A stretch of 64,000 nt of DNA, taken from positions 25,172,001 through 25,236,000 of the forward strand of contig OZ024755.1 of the NCBI GenBank assembly GCA_964016885.1, given 5' to 3'. The translations under genes and the position numbers were made by a program. Under the pieces are notes generated by a model that saw only the letters and a list, made by a program, of their open reading frames with translations, made no database searches and was not told where the DNA came from. Every line of letters starts with the position of its first letter. The stretch's first letter is position 1. This DNA is from Eledone cirrhosa (Eukaryota). Positions 46,680 through 60,471 of the stretch are shown piece by piece.

Positions 46680-46737
46680 ATACTATGATCATTTCAATGA
46701 CCGGGTTCCATATGAATCCGGTGATATCATCAGGTAT
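46680..46737 (-). ncRNA. Minimal type I hammerhead ribozyme
   Basis: Minus strand: ATAC-CTGATGA-T-AT-C-ACCGG-ATTC-ATATG-GAAC-CCGGT-C-AT-T-GAAA-TGATCA-TA-GTAT. Palindromic ATGATCAT stem-loop III, AUA triplet. Confidence 0.85.
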
Positions 46738-46876
46738 TGGAATATAACAAAGGAATATGTAAAAAACCATGGGTCCGAAAAATCAGAGACAGAGACAGAG
46801 ATAAAGTAAAGAAATATGTGCCCCAGCATGGCCTCAGCCGGATGGCTGAAACAGGTAAAAGAGAATATATATATAT

Positions 46877-46925
<49 letters not shown>

Positions 46926-47034
46926 GATAGATAGGTAGATAGATAGCAAGTAATCTGAAAGAGACAAAAGATAAGTATTAAACAAATTACTACTCTCCCC
47001 TTCCCCAACATCTCCATCATCGTCTTCGTGTCTC

Positions 47035-48570
47035 CTTATCATCATCACCACCACCATCATCATCAACATCATTACCACCATCAACACCTTCATCATCATC
47101 ACTACACCTCCATTAACGCCACCACCTACACTACCATCATCACTACTCCCCCACTACCACCACCAACACTCCCCCCCCCCCCACTACCACCGCCACCACC
47201 ACCACCAACACTACCAACACTACCACCATCACCACCCCCACAACACACCACCACCACCACCAACACTACCACCATCACCACCCCCACCACACACCATCAC
47301 CCCCCACTACCCCCCCCCCCCCCCAATACACACCACCACCACCATCACCACCCCCACTACACACCACCACCACCATCACCACCCCCACTACACACCACCA
47401 CCACCAACACTACCACCATCCCTACACCCACTACACACCACCACCACCAACACTACCACCATCCCTACACCCACTACACACCACCACCACCAACACTACC
47501 ACCATCAACCCCCCCAATACACACCACCACCACCATCACCACCCCCACTACACACCACCACCACCAACACTACCACCATCCCTACACCCACTACACACCA
47601 CCACCACCAACACTACCACCATCCCTACACCCACTACACACCACCACCACCAACACTACCACCATCAACCCCCCCAATACACACCACCACCACCATCACC
47701 ACCCCCACTACACACCACCACCACCAACACTACCACCATCCCTACACCCACCACACACCACCACCACCAACACTACCACCATCCCTACACCCACTACACA
47801 CCACCACCACCAACACTACCACCATCAACCCCCCCAATACACACCACCACCACCATCACCACCCCCACTACACACCACCAACACTACCACCATCCCTACA
47901 CCCACCACACACCACCACCACCAACACTACCACCATCCCTACACCCACTACACACCACCACCACCAACACTACCACCATCAACCCCCCCAATACACACCA
48001 CCACCACCATCACCACCCCCACTACACACCACCAACACTACCACCATCCCTACACCCACCACACACCACCACCACCAACACTACCACCATCCCTACACCC
48101 ACTACACACCACCACCACCAACACTACCACCATCAACCCCCCCAATACACACCACCACCACCATCACCACCCCCACTACACACCACCACCACCAACACTA
48201 CCACCATCCCTACACCCACTACACACCACCACCACCAACACTACCACCATCAACCCCCCCAATACACACCACCACCACCATCACCACCCCCACTACACAC
48301 CACCACCACCACCACCACCACCATCCCTACACCCACTACACACCACCACCACCAACACTACCACCATCACCCCCCCCCCCCAATACACACCACCACCACC
48401 ATCACCACCCCCACTACACACCACCACCACCACCACCAACACTACCACCATTCCTACACCCACCACACACCACCACCACCAACACTACCACCATTCCTAC
48501 ACCCACCACACACCACCACCACCAACACTACCACCATTCCTACACCCCACCCCCACCGCCACCCCCACTA
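47035..48570. repeat. (CCA)n-based C-rich satellite with higher-order units
   Basis: Recurrent ACACTACCACCATCCCTACACCCACTACAC and CAACCCCCCAATACAC blocks. Confidence 0.95.
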
Positions 48571-48639
48571 CCATATTATCATCACTCATCATAATAATTA
48601 TCGTCACCAGTATCATAATTATCTGTCATATCTACCTGG

Positions 48640-49311
48640 ATCTTGTTACCATCATTATCACCATCTGAACTATCATCACCATCATCATTATCACCTGAAA
48701 TATCATCATCATCATCATTATCACCTGAAATATCATCATCATCATCATTATCACCTGAAATATCATCATCATCATCATCATCATTATCACCATCTGAACT
48801 ATCATCATCATCATCATCATCACCATCTGAACTATCAACACCATCATCATCATCATTATCACCATCTGAAATATCATCATCATCATCATCATCATTATCA
48901 CCTGAAATATCATCATCATCATCATCATCATTATCACCATCTGAAATATCATCATCATCATCATCATCACCATCTGAAATATCATCATCATCATCATCAT
49001 CATTATCACCATCTGAAATATCATCATCATCATCATCATCATTATCACCTGAAATATCATCACCATCATCATCATCATTATCATCACCTGAAATATCATC
49101 ATCATCATCATCGTTATCTTAAATTCCATCATCATCACCATCATCACCACGCCTATCATCTTCATCACCATCTTAAATTCCATCATCATCATCATCATCA
49201 TCAGTACGCTTATCATCTTCAACATCATCTTAAATTTCACCATCACCATCACCATCATCATCATCACCGCCACCACCACGCCTATCATCTTCAGCCACAG
49301 CAGCAACAAAA

Positions 49312-49357
<46 letters not shown>

Positions 49358-49545
49358 GACAACAGCAGCACCCACAAATGGATCAACGTCACCAACATCG
49401 TGATTATCACCACCACCATCACCATCATCATATACATCACCACCACCATCACCATCATCATATACATCACCACCACCATCACCATCATCATATACATCAC
49501 CAAAACCATCATCATCATCATCATCATCATCAACAACAACAACTC
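48640..49545. repeat. (CAT)n-based repeat with CTGAAATAT interruptions
   Basis: Direct. Confidence 0.95.
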
Positions 49546-49704
49546 TAAGATCATCCCCTACCATCTTTTCATTGCTGAAACTCATTTGTATATAATATTC
49601 CTTCGTTTGCAGACACACTTGTGTACATATATACACATACATATATATATGTACCACGCACACACACACACACATACACACACACATGTAAAATAAGGGG
49701 ATTT

Positions 49705-50597
49705 GATTTAGACACAGGGCCAGCAACTTTGGGGTAGGGGAAGTCGATTAAATCGATCCCGGTGCGTTACTGGTACTTTATTTTATTGACCCCCGTAGGG
49801 ATGACAGGCAAAGCTAACGTCGGCGAGATTTGAACTCAGAACGTAAAGGGACGCAACTCTATGCTGCAAAGCATGTTGTCCGACACTCTACCGATTCTGT
49901 TTGTCGACATATACACTTGTGTACATACACACACACACTATATATATAATAAGGAGTAGGAACAAGGAATCAATATAGCATCATTATGTTGATTCACCTG
50001 TGATGTGCATTTCCTGATCGATCACCTCGATGCACGATCGGTTTCAATCGAGCCCCACTCTGGTATCGATGCCGATCGTGACACGTGCGTCACAGGTGAA
50101 TGATGTTATATTGATAGCTCGTTCCTATTCCTTATCATTGGTGGATTGGCAGTATCGGTAGAGGGTCGGACGCCATGCTTTGAGGTAGAGAGTTACGGCC
50201 CTTGCCACTCTGAGTTCAAATCCCGCCGAGGTTAACTTTGCCTTTCAACCTTACGGAGTCGATAAAATAAAGTACCAGTAATGTACTGCGTAATTGCTGG
50301 CCTTGTGCCAAAAGTAGAAACAATTATTATTTGGCAGTAATACACTGGGATAATTGCTGGCCTTTTGCCAAAAGTTATTATTGTTATTCGGCAATATAGG
50401 TAGAGCGTCCGACACCTTGCTTTGTGGCATAGAATTACGGCCCTTTACGTTCTGTCTTCAAATCCCACGGAAGTTATATATATATAATTACAACAGTGAC
50501 ATAAACACCGTTGCAATTATTTATACTAAACTCGTCCTATAGATATTTCTATATATGTGTGTGTGTGTGTATATATGTATGTATATATATATATACA

Positions 50598-50662
<65 letters not shown>

Positions 50663-50850
50663 CAAGAATAGACGAGACAATCACAGAGATGCAAAAAAAC
50701 TACTATTAGTTTCAGGCTTGGGAATGAAGATAAAGAAAAAAGCGAGTAAATAAATAATTGTTACTACTTTTTGGCACAAGGCCAGCAATTAACCAGTGCA
50801 TTACTGGTACTTTATTTTATCGACCCCGTAAAGATGAAAGGCGGGATTTG
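49705..50850. mobile_element. Cluster of SINE A copies (~49705-49900 -, 50140-50330 +, partials ~50330-50475 +, ~50753-50850 -)
   Basis: Diagnostic head, central and tail blocks. Confidence 0.85.
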
Positions 50851-51096
50851 GTAAATAAATAATGTCTCGACGTAACGCACATAAGTCCTTAATTTGGAAT
50901 GAGCAAAGTTTGGTGAGAGAGAAGTTTTATAAAATAGAGTTTGGAAGGTTGGACAAAAAGAAAAGGAAAGAAACAATACAATCCATCTGACCAGACTTGT
51001 CACATAGCGAGGACAACCCGTCTGACCCATACAAGCATGGAAAATAACCCGTTAAACGGTGTATATATACATATATATGTATATATATATATGTAT

Positions 51097-51302
51097 AAAG
51101 AACAAAGAGGGTGTGGTAAGGTACCACGTGGACCATAACGCACCAGAATACTCAATACTTAGGGTAGTAGAGTGGGTAATAGGAAAAGAGTCAGGACCCC
51201 GACGGCTGAGCTCCGGCCGTTCCGACAGCTAGATCCGAACAGTTCGGGTCTAGCTGTCAAAACGGCCGGAGCTCAGCCGTCGGAGTCCTCACTCTTTTCC
51301 TA
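51097..51302 (-). mobile_element. Family A (subfamily 2) fold-back element
   Basis: Palindrome centred near 51240 plus tail. Confidence 0.8.
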
Positions 51303-51354
51303 TATAACATGACTGAATTATAACCATCAACACAGTCAAGGTATGTCAGACATC

Positions 51355-51428
51355 AATATATTTTATCTGATGAGGACGTACTGTTGAAATAGCTCAGTAC
51401 CTCTGAAATATGTATAATAAAATATATT
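51355..51428 (+). ncRNA. Minimal type I hammerhead ribozyme (family H-related), intact
   Basis: AATATATTTTAT-CTGATGA-GGA-C-GTACTG..CAGTAC-C-TCT-GAAA-TATGTA-TA-ATAAAATATATT; 12-bp stem I. Confidence 0.88.
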
Positions 51429-52339
51429 TGATCACATGAATATCTATATTTATTAATATTTTGAAGTAATATTAATAACTCCAGAAAACCTCTTGTAGAG
51501 AGCTTCTAATCTATTGTAAAACTTTATTCATTGATGAATTCATTGAACCTTGTTAAACTTTTAATCATAATTATATTTATATATATATATATATATGCCA
51601 TGTGTATCCTGGTTTTTAGAATAGATACATCGTATCACTGCGTATCATAAGAGACGACTAAATGGGTTGACGTCCGGAAGGGTGTCTGGCAGTAAAACAT
51701 TAGGAAAAGTGGATTTAAAAACGATTATGTTGATGAAATATATATATATTTATATATGGTTGGATTAAGCTTGCATGGGAACCCTGGCTGAAACTTTCAC
51801 CAGGGTCCTTGGATATTATGTATGCTAAAAAAAAAAAAAAATAATTGTTGGAGGCCCTTTAAATATCATAGGGTCTCTGGCTATGGGCTTTGACCGTCAC
51901 TGAGTATAAATATATATCTTACTCTTTTACTTGTTTCAGTTATTAGACTGGCTATACTAGGGCATCACCTTAACGACATTGAGTTGATTACTTAGACAGC
52001 AATTCTTCTTTTCATGCCTGGTATTTATTTTATCGATCCCTTTTTGTCGAACCGCTAATGAGGAGATACGAAAAAAACCCTAACATAAAAGAGGACATAG
52101 ATTTACACATCATGGCCATCATTTTGAATTGTTTTTTTTTTATAACGAGCTTCTACACTGTCTCTGCCTACCAAATTACACTCACAAAGCATTGGTAACT
52201 TTAAGGTTATAATGTTAGACACTTTGCCTTCGAGGTTACGAATTGGAGGGGTGGGAGTGGAAACCACGTGGTTGCCAAGCGAACTCCTTAACTACTCAGA
52301 CAGGTCTGCGTCTTTATATTTAAGAAAATCACATACACA

Positions 52340-52462
<123 letters not shown>

Positions 52463-52672
52463 CAGCCCGGAATTATCCCGTAAGCAAAATAAGCATGTGC
52501 TTAGGGGGTGTCATTTAAAAAGGGGTCTCATTATCGTTTTTCTCCAGTGCTGACTTGTACCATGACACAATGTTGCAGATGTACCGAGGCCCATTACCTT
52601 CTCCATCATCTGATTTTTTTTTTCAGGGTTTAGGGCCTCCAAAGGTCTTAATCACACCATGATTTGTGTATA

Positions 52673-52731
<59 letters not shown>

Positions 52732-52866
52732 TTTGTAAGCACTCTGAAACAGGTTTTGTTCCTTAGAAGTTCATTCCATAATCCATTGAGTGAGTAATGT
52801 ATGCAAGCGAGAATATAGCTGATATTATAACCTCGTCAATATATATATATATATAAAATAATAATG

Positions 52867-52914
<48 letters not shown>

Positions 52915-53159
52915 TTTGTAAATCGAACTTTGACAGCAGTACAGCAAGTACTATTCGATTTGTTTGAGGCAATGGCAAAACACTCAGTGGATCGAAAGTT
53001 AAAAGTAAAGCATTAAGTCCAGAGTTAAACACCGTAGAGAACTAAACTATACTACCACCCCTCCAATCTCAAAAGCGTGAACCTAATAAACTACCATTTG
53101 TACTGCCTCTCTGTTTTTTGTTCTTGTCTAATATTTAACTATATATATATATATATATA

Positions 53160-53441
53160 TTGTTATACTTGGGGAGGGTCATATTGTTGTAATACTATTG
53201 CCAGAAATAATAACTGAACACACTCACTGTTTGGTTGATGATGTTGCAGATGTGCAACGAAAGAACTTTGTTAGACTATATATATATATATTCATATCTG
53301 TATTTTTGACTGCTGGTCAGTCAATGATAAACATTGATGGCCAAATGAATTAACTAAGGAGATATAAAAGATGCAGAAGCGTAAACCAACCAAACAGTGA
53401 TTTCGACACACGATTTCATATCAAAAACCTCGCAAAACAAA

Positions 53442-53445
<4 letters not shown>
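53160..53445 (+). mobile_element. Family C fold-back element with hammerhead core cut at the junction
   Basis: Inverted arm, then (T)TGATGA-T-GTTGCA-GATG-TGCAAC-GAAAG-AA-CTT; tail matches 32017-32053. Confidence 0.75.
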
Positions 53446-53505
<60 letters not shown>

Positions 53506-54019
53506 GTGTGTTTAGTGTGTGTCCCAACATCCCGTCTGCTGTAGTCGGTGTCACTAAATGACTGCTGACAGTCCCCACAATCAACCCTCAAAAACTGATG
53601 CAGCCATTATAGTCACCACCAGAATTATGTCATTGACAGGAATATTCTTGGAAAATTAAATGGGAAATGTTAGGAATGTTTTACAAATCTTCACTATACC
53701 AATAATAAATTGGATTTGGAGGAGGTGAGGCAGTTTAATTTGCTCTTTCTTGGAAAAGCCCCAAATTGCCATTTCTTTATACACATCTGTAGTTACATAA
53801 CAGAGTACATCTTTAATAATAGGAAAGTGTGAGGATTTATAGCCAGGATATAAGAGCTAAAGTTTGTACATTAGTTTACCATGGATGTTCTACTTTTCCA
53901 CAACATTAGACATATTTATCTGAGGTGAGCAGCTGACACTGACCTTTATAACAAGGCAAGTCTTATCCTAGAGTAAACTAACGAGTCTGTTGTATTCAAC
54001 GGATTGTTGTTTTTACTAG

Positions 54020-54530
54020 CAAAGGCACGTGGCTTACTATCATAGTGTTTGGTTCCTGGTGACATAATATATCCTTGAGCAAGACACTTTATTTCACGTT
54101 GTTCCAGTCCACTGTGTCCTTGAAGCTAGTCACTTTATTTCACGTTGTTCCAGTCCACTGTGTCCTTGAGCAAAACACTTTATTTCACGTTGTTCCAGTC
54201 CACTGTGTCCTTGAGCTAGTCACTTTATTTCACGTTGTTTCAGTCCACTGTGTCCTTCAGCAAGACCCTTTATTTCATGTTGTTCCAGTACACCGTGTCC
54301 TTAAGCAAGACACTTTATTTCACGTTGTTCCAGTCTAGTCCACTCAGCTGGCAACAATAAGTTGTACTTGTATGCATTCTTAATTAAAATACCGTGTCAC
54401 ACTGAATCTGCCTGAAAATTACGTTACGTCTCCACGTGTCTGTGGAATGTTCAACCACATGCATGCTCGTTTCATGAGCAGGATGTTCTGTTGTTTGAAT
54501 GGGAACACTCGTCGTCACAACGGAGATCCA
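54020..54530 (+). mobile_element. CORE-type SINE whose core is tandemly amplified ~7x (54070-54335)
   Basis: Unit TGTCCTTGAGCAAGACACTTTATTTCACGTTGTTCCAGTCCAC. Confidence 0.85.
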
Positions 54531-54679
54531 ACACTATTTTTATAAGAATATTTCTTTGGTATTTCTTATTATGAAAGACGTGGATATTTTAAACACCGAT
54601 GTGCCTTTAGTGTGACCGACAGGATAGTCCTACTGTGTGTATATATGTATGTTTGTACGTATGTATGTATATATGAGAG

Positions 54680-55490
54680 AGAGTCAGTTTCTAACATAGC
54701 CACAAGACTCTCTCATTAGAATTTACACAACATCAACTAGGTAGATATGTATGCATGTCTGCATGCATGTGTAGATATGGATGTTATTGTATGTGTGGAG
54801 GTGTATCTTTTGAGTTGTATGTGTGCATGTGTATATGCTCAGTATCTGTACACGTGTATATGCAGTTATTAGATGCAACATTTTTGGAATGTTTTACATA
54901 TTTTTACTCTTCCATTAATGGATTGTACTTGTATTTTCCTAACTAGTTGTTTTCTTTCTGTTCCTGTGAAGCCCAGCTTCTCAAGATTTGTATTGAGGCA
55001 GTTACTAACATATCCGAGTGCCGCAATAATCACAGGTATAAATCTGAAGGTATAACCAGGGTGGAGTATCTGCAGATTTCTCATCAGTTCTGCATAAATA
55101 TTCTCCTTTTCGCTAATCTTTGATATTATATTGGCATCTGCTGGACAGCTAACTTCCGGTACTGTGCATGCCTTCTTTTCCCTGTCCCACATCATAATAT
55201 CTGGTCTGTTATGCCTGCATTTTATGGGGGATTTTACTGTAACATTCCACCAGTACTCTTTCATATTATGTATATGTATGTCTTTCACATTGATGTAGCT
55301 TTAAATGTGTTTATTATCGGGGCTATCTTTTCTACGGATTGCATTGTACAGTGTTTTGGCCACTACATCATGCCTCATAGGTAGATAGTACCGCGATGAC
55401 ATCTTTGGACAGCTGCTAATGACATGGGTGACATCTTCGATGATAATTCTGCAGAGTCTGCACTTGTTATCACATCTAGGTGTTTTGCCA
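54680..55490 (-). mobile_element. 5'-truncated R4/Dong-like LINE (CCHC knuckle, restriction-like endonuclease, 3'UTR)
   Basis: Minus strand: CRLCRIIIEDVTHVISSC..YYLPMRHDVVAK, then HNRPDIMMWDR..EVSCP..EKENIYAEL; (TATG)n on both sides. A second 3'UTR copy is at ~57050-57233. Confidence 0.88.
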
Positions 55491-56259
55491 TACGTATGTA
55501 TGTATGTATGTATGTATGTATGTATGTATGTATGTATGTATGTATGGGAGAGATGACCCCTTAGCCTTTGTCAAGGCAGAATTCTAGGAGAAGGAAAACT
55601 CTGATATAACACCTGCAACCCTGATGGTATCCAATGATGTTGACTTGTTCTTCTTTTTGGTAAATATCATCTTGGTTAAGAGAGTGGGACTGGCTTAGTG
55701 CAGTGCCTTTGCTCACTATAAAAGCTTCACGGCACAGGCATTGCTTTATATCTGGAGATCTCTCTGCACTTGTCGTCACATGGTACCATGGGTCCAGCAC
55801 TATGTGTCAGTAATTGTCACAAGTGTAGTCTTTGTACCAGAGTTTTCAAGTCGCTGGCTGGACTAAAAAGTCACACTTGTTCAGCACATCGGTAGGGGTT
55901 CTCCTACATGGATATAAAGTAGTGGCCGTACTCGAAAACGAGTTGGCAGCCACCATGTATGTATGTATGCAGGCAAACAGGGAAGATTATAGAATAATTA
56001 TGAAACATCCAAGGGACATACAGGCATACACATACATATACACATTCATATATTTTTCCACACATACATATACGAACACATCCTTAATGAATGTATATAT
56101 ATGTATGTGTGCGTATGTATGCATTATACATACATGTGTACGCATGTATGTACGTTTTATATATGTATACATGCATTCATGTTTGTTTAATGTATGTATG
56201 GTGCTTCTATGTACGTATCATATTTGAATGTATGCGTTTATGTATGATGTACTGCATGT

Positions 56260-56995
56260 ATTTATCTATCTATGTGAGCATGTACCTATGTACGTTTTTA
56301 TCTATGTGAGCATGTACCTATGTATGTATGTATGTATTTATGTGAGCATGTACCTGTGTATGTATGTATCTGTGTGAGCATGTACCTATGTATGTACGTT
56401 TGTATCTATGTGAGCATGTACCTATGTATGTATCTATGTGAGCATGTACCTATATATGTATCTATGTGAGCATGTACCTATGTATGTATGTATCTATGTG
56501 AGCATGTACCTATGTATGTATCTATGTGAGCATGTACCTGTGTACGTATGTATCTATGTATGTATGTATCTATGTGAGCATGTACCTGTGTACGTTTGTA
56601 TTTATGTGAGCATGTACCTATGTATGTATTTATGTGAGCATGTACCTATGTATGTATGTATCTATGTGAGCATGTACCTATGTATTATACACGTGTATAT
56701 ATGTATCGTAATGTATATGATGTGTGTTTGAATGTATGTATGTTTGCAAGTGTTATGCATGGTTGTCTGTATGTATGTATGTATGTATGTATGTATGTAT
56801 GTATGTATGCATGCATGCATGCATGCATGCATGTATGCATGTATGTATGTATGTATGTATGTATGTATGCATGCATGCATGTATGTATGTATGTATGTAT
56901 GTATGCATGTATGTATGTATGTATGCATGCATGTATGTATGTATGTATGTATGTATGTATGCATGTGTGTATACATGTATGTATGTATGTATGTA
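56260..56995. repeat. TATCTATGTGAGCATGTACCTATG minisatellite followed by (TATG)/(CATG)n
   Basis: Direct. Confidence 0.93.
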
Positions 56996-57373
56996 AGATG
57001 TTCTTCTGGTTTGATAATTTTATACATTTTAACCAATAGAAAGAGAAAGAGAGTCGGTTTCTAACATAGACACAAGACTCTTTCATTGGAATTTACACAA
57101 CATCAACTAGGTAGATATGTATACATGTCTGCATACGTGCATGTGTGTGTGTGCAGATATGGATGTTATTGTCTGTGTGGATGTGGATGTTTTGAGTTAT
57201 ATATGTGAATGTGTATATGCTTCGTATCTGTACAGTGGTAGCATGGAGAGGGGAGACTGGTTTGCATGGATGACTGCTGGTCTTCCATAAACACACCTTG
57301 CTCAGGGTTGTGCCTCGGAAGGGAACTTTCTAGGTGCAAAACGATGGGCATTGGTTACCAAAGGGGGTCTTAA

Positions 57374-57793
57374 ATAATTGTTTCTACTTTTGACACAAGG
57401 CCAGCAATTATCGCAGTACATTACTGGTACTTTATGTTATCGACCCCGTAAGGATGAAAGGCAAAGGTTCACTTTACCTTTCAGCCTTAAATAATTGTTT
57501 CTACTTTAGGCACAAGGCCAGCAATTACTCAGTGCATTACTGGTACTTTATGTTATCGACCCCGTAAGGATGAAAGGCAAAGGTTCACTTTACCTTTCAG
57601 CCTTAAATAATTGTTTCTACTTTAGGCACAAGGCCAGCAATTACTCAGTGCATTACTGGTACTTTATTTTATCGACCCCGTAAGGATGAAAGGCAAAGTC
57701 AACTTCGGCGGGATTTGAACTCAGATCGTAAAGGGACGTAACTATGCTGGAAAGCATGGCGTCCGACCCTCTACCGATACTGCCAATCCACCG
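57374..57793 (-). mobile_element. SINE A with its 3' half triplicated
   Basis: Three ~117-bp tandem units starting ATAATTGTTTCTAC; only the last continues to the tRNA-like head. Confidence 0.88.
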
Positions 57794-58922
57794 ATAATAG
57801 CTACAAATAGCTATAGTCAGGGTACAACATCTGTAGGTACCACATTAGTTCACCTTGGACAGAATGTAAGGGATCACCGTCGGTCTGTATCTGTACATGT
57901 GTACATACAGTTATCACATACAGAATCTTTGCAATATTTTACTGTATATATGTATATATACGTATATATGTATGTATATATGTATGTCGAGCCACTCTTG
58001 AGTGCTACTGGTAACATGTAACCCAGTACAACCTGTCGCATGGTCGGGTCATTGGCGACTAAACTGGCAAGCCCACCAAGTTTACTTGGTGAGGAGGGTG
58101 ATTTTGTACACCCTGCAGGACAAAAAACAAAACCTGACAAAGGGCGGAAGACCTCATAAGAGTCCACGACGGCTATCCGAAAGTGTGTAAATATGTATAT
58201 ACACATGTACCGCGCGGTTAAACCACTGGGAGTGAAGGACCCCTAGCCTTTGTCAGGACATTCTTCTAGGAGAAAGCAACTCAGGAAACTGGGATAACTC
58301 CGATATAAAACCTGCGGCTCAGTAGTTACCGATGATGTTGATCTTTTCTTTTTTTCGGTTATAGCCACTGTCGCTCAGAGAGTGGGATTGGCTCAGTGCA
58401 CAGTCTTTCCTCACTTTAAAAAGTATCTCCACGCACAGGCATTGCATGATAGAATTAATTAATAATTATTAATAATGGTATATCGTGCAATGGCCATACT
58501 CGTTAACGAGGGGGCAGCCATTATGTATGTATGTATGTGTGTATGTATGTCTTTTCAAGTTGTATATATGGTTGTCTATCTGTCAGTCTGTATGTTTGTA
58601 GGTGTGTATCGTTGTATGTATGCATTTAACTTCGTCCTGTGTGTTTATGTATCCTCTTTGTGTATATATAAACCTTTTGTGTATATATATATCATTTTTA
58701 TATATATGTACCTTTTGTATATATATGTACCTTTTGTGTACCTTTTGTGTATATATGTACCTTTTGTGTATATATATATATACCTTTTGTGTATATATGT
58801 ATCTTTTGTATATATATGTAACATTTGTGTATATATGTACCTTTTGTGTATATCTATATATATCATTTGTGTATAAATGTATCATTTCTGTATATATATC
58901 ATTTGTGTATATATGTATCATT

Positions 58923-58969
<47 letters not shown>

Positions 58970-59440
58970 AACTTTTGTGTATAAATGTATCATTTGTGTA
59001 TATATGGAGCTTTTGTGTATTATATATCTTTATGTGTATATTTGTATCATTTGTGTATATATCTTTATGTGTATATATGTATCCGTGTGTGTATGTATAT
59101 ATCTTTGTGTGTTTGTATATCTTTTGAGTATGTATGTTTGTTATGTTCTATTTTCTCACCAACTTGTTAGCTATGTATATATATTATATATATACCAACT
59201 TGTTAGCTATGTATGTATATTATATATACCAACTTGTTAGGTATGTATGTATATTATATATACCAACTTGTTAGGTATGTATGTATATTATATATACCAA
59301 CTTGTTAGGTATGTATGCATTTTATATATACTAACTAGATAGTTATGTATATATATTATATATACCAACTTGTTAGTTATGTTTGTATATAATATATACT
59401 AACTAGGTAGTTATGTATATATATATATATACACACGCGC

Positions 59441-59512
<72 letters not shown>

Positions 59513-59679
59513 AGGCGGGCGTGTGTATGTCAGCATGTTATTACGTATAGGGATCAGATTGTTCTGAATTTTCAAAGACTATATACATATATGTTATTTG
59601 TATGTAGGTATGTGTGTATCCGATATATACATGTATGCATGTATATATTTATGTTTGTGGAGTATGTACATATGTTCAT

Positions 59680-60035
59680 TCGTTGTGTTCTTGAGCAAGA
59701 CACTTTATTTCACGCTGCTCCAGTTTACTCAGCTGTAGAATTGATTTGCAACGTCATTGGTGCCAAGCTGTATCAACCATTGCCTTTCTCTTGGACATCA
59801 TTGGTGGCATGGAGAGGGGAAACTGGTATGCATGGATGACTGCTGGTCTTCCATAAACACCCCTGCCCAGGATTGTGCTCCAGAAAGGAACTTTCTAGGT
59901 GCAAAACCATGATCATTAGTGATCAAACGGGGGCCTTAAATAATAGCTACAAATGGGAATCTATAGTCAGGGTACAACATCTGTGGGTTCCACATTAGTT
60001 CACGTTGGACAGAATGTAAAGTACCACCGTCAGTT
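59680..60035 (+). mobile_element. CORE-type SINE, long form (paralogue at 57235-57378 plus 57794-57888)
   Basis: Core at ~59685; body GCATGGAGAGGGGA.ACTGG..GGAACTTTCTAGGTGCAAAAC shared with the paralogue. Confidence 0.75.
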
Positions 60036-60471
60036 TGCCGATCAACGAAATAACCAGGTCATGAATTTAACATCTAAGTGACAAGCATTCTACATAGCTA
60101 TAATTTAATTCTCAGGGAGATTCAGCATGGCACAATGTATGACAAGGCTGGGTCTTAGAATTACAGGTGCAGTCCACTTGACGGACTTCCAATTCAGCGT
60201 CAGACAATGTATGACAAGGCTGGTCTTTAAAATTCCAGGTACAGTTCACCTGACGGGCCCCTAAACAGTTTCCGTCTGCCCAGTTTCACTCAGAAGAGAA
60301 TGAATCGATCCGAATCTAAAGTAAAAAAGTTAATGAATGCTGGTGTCCCCTTTTCTCCCTGTGTATGACTCAATTGACATTTTTCTATCACAGTAGGTAT
60401 CACTTTTTCCCCAAATAGTTGTTGTTGTTGTTGTCAAAGCTTATTGATGTATAGGTTTAACTCCTCTCCTA

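Noticed and set aside
47028-49726. Pro/Thr/His-rich 546-aa and Met-rich 364-aa ORFs (also 24-974)
   Set aside because: Trinucleotide-repeat DNA with unit lengths that shift frame; no domain or splice support.
53515-53730. Possible terminal exon after TTTAG
   Set aside because: All frames stop within about 17 codons and no homology is recognisable.
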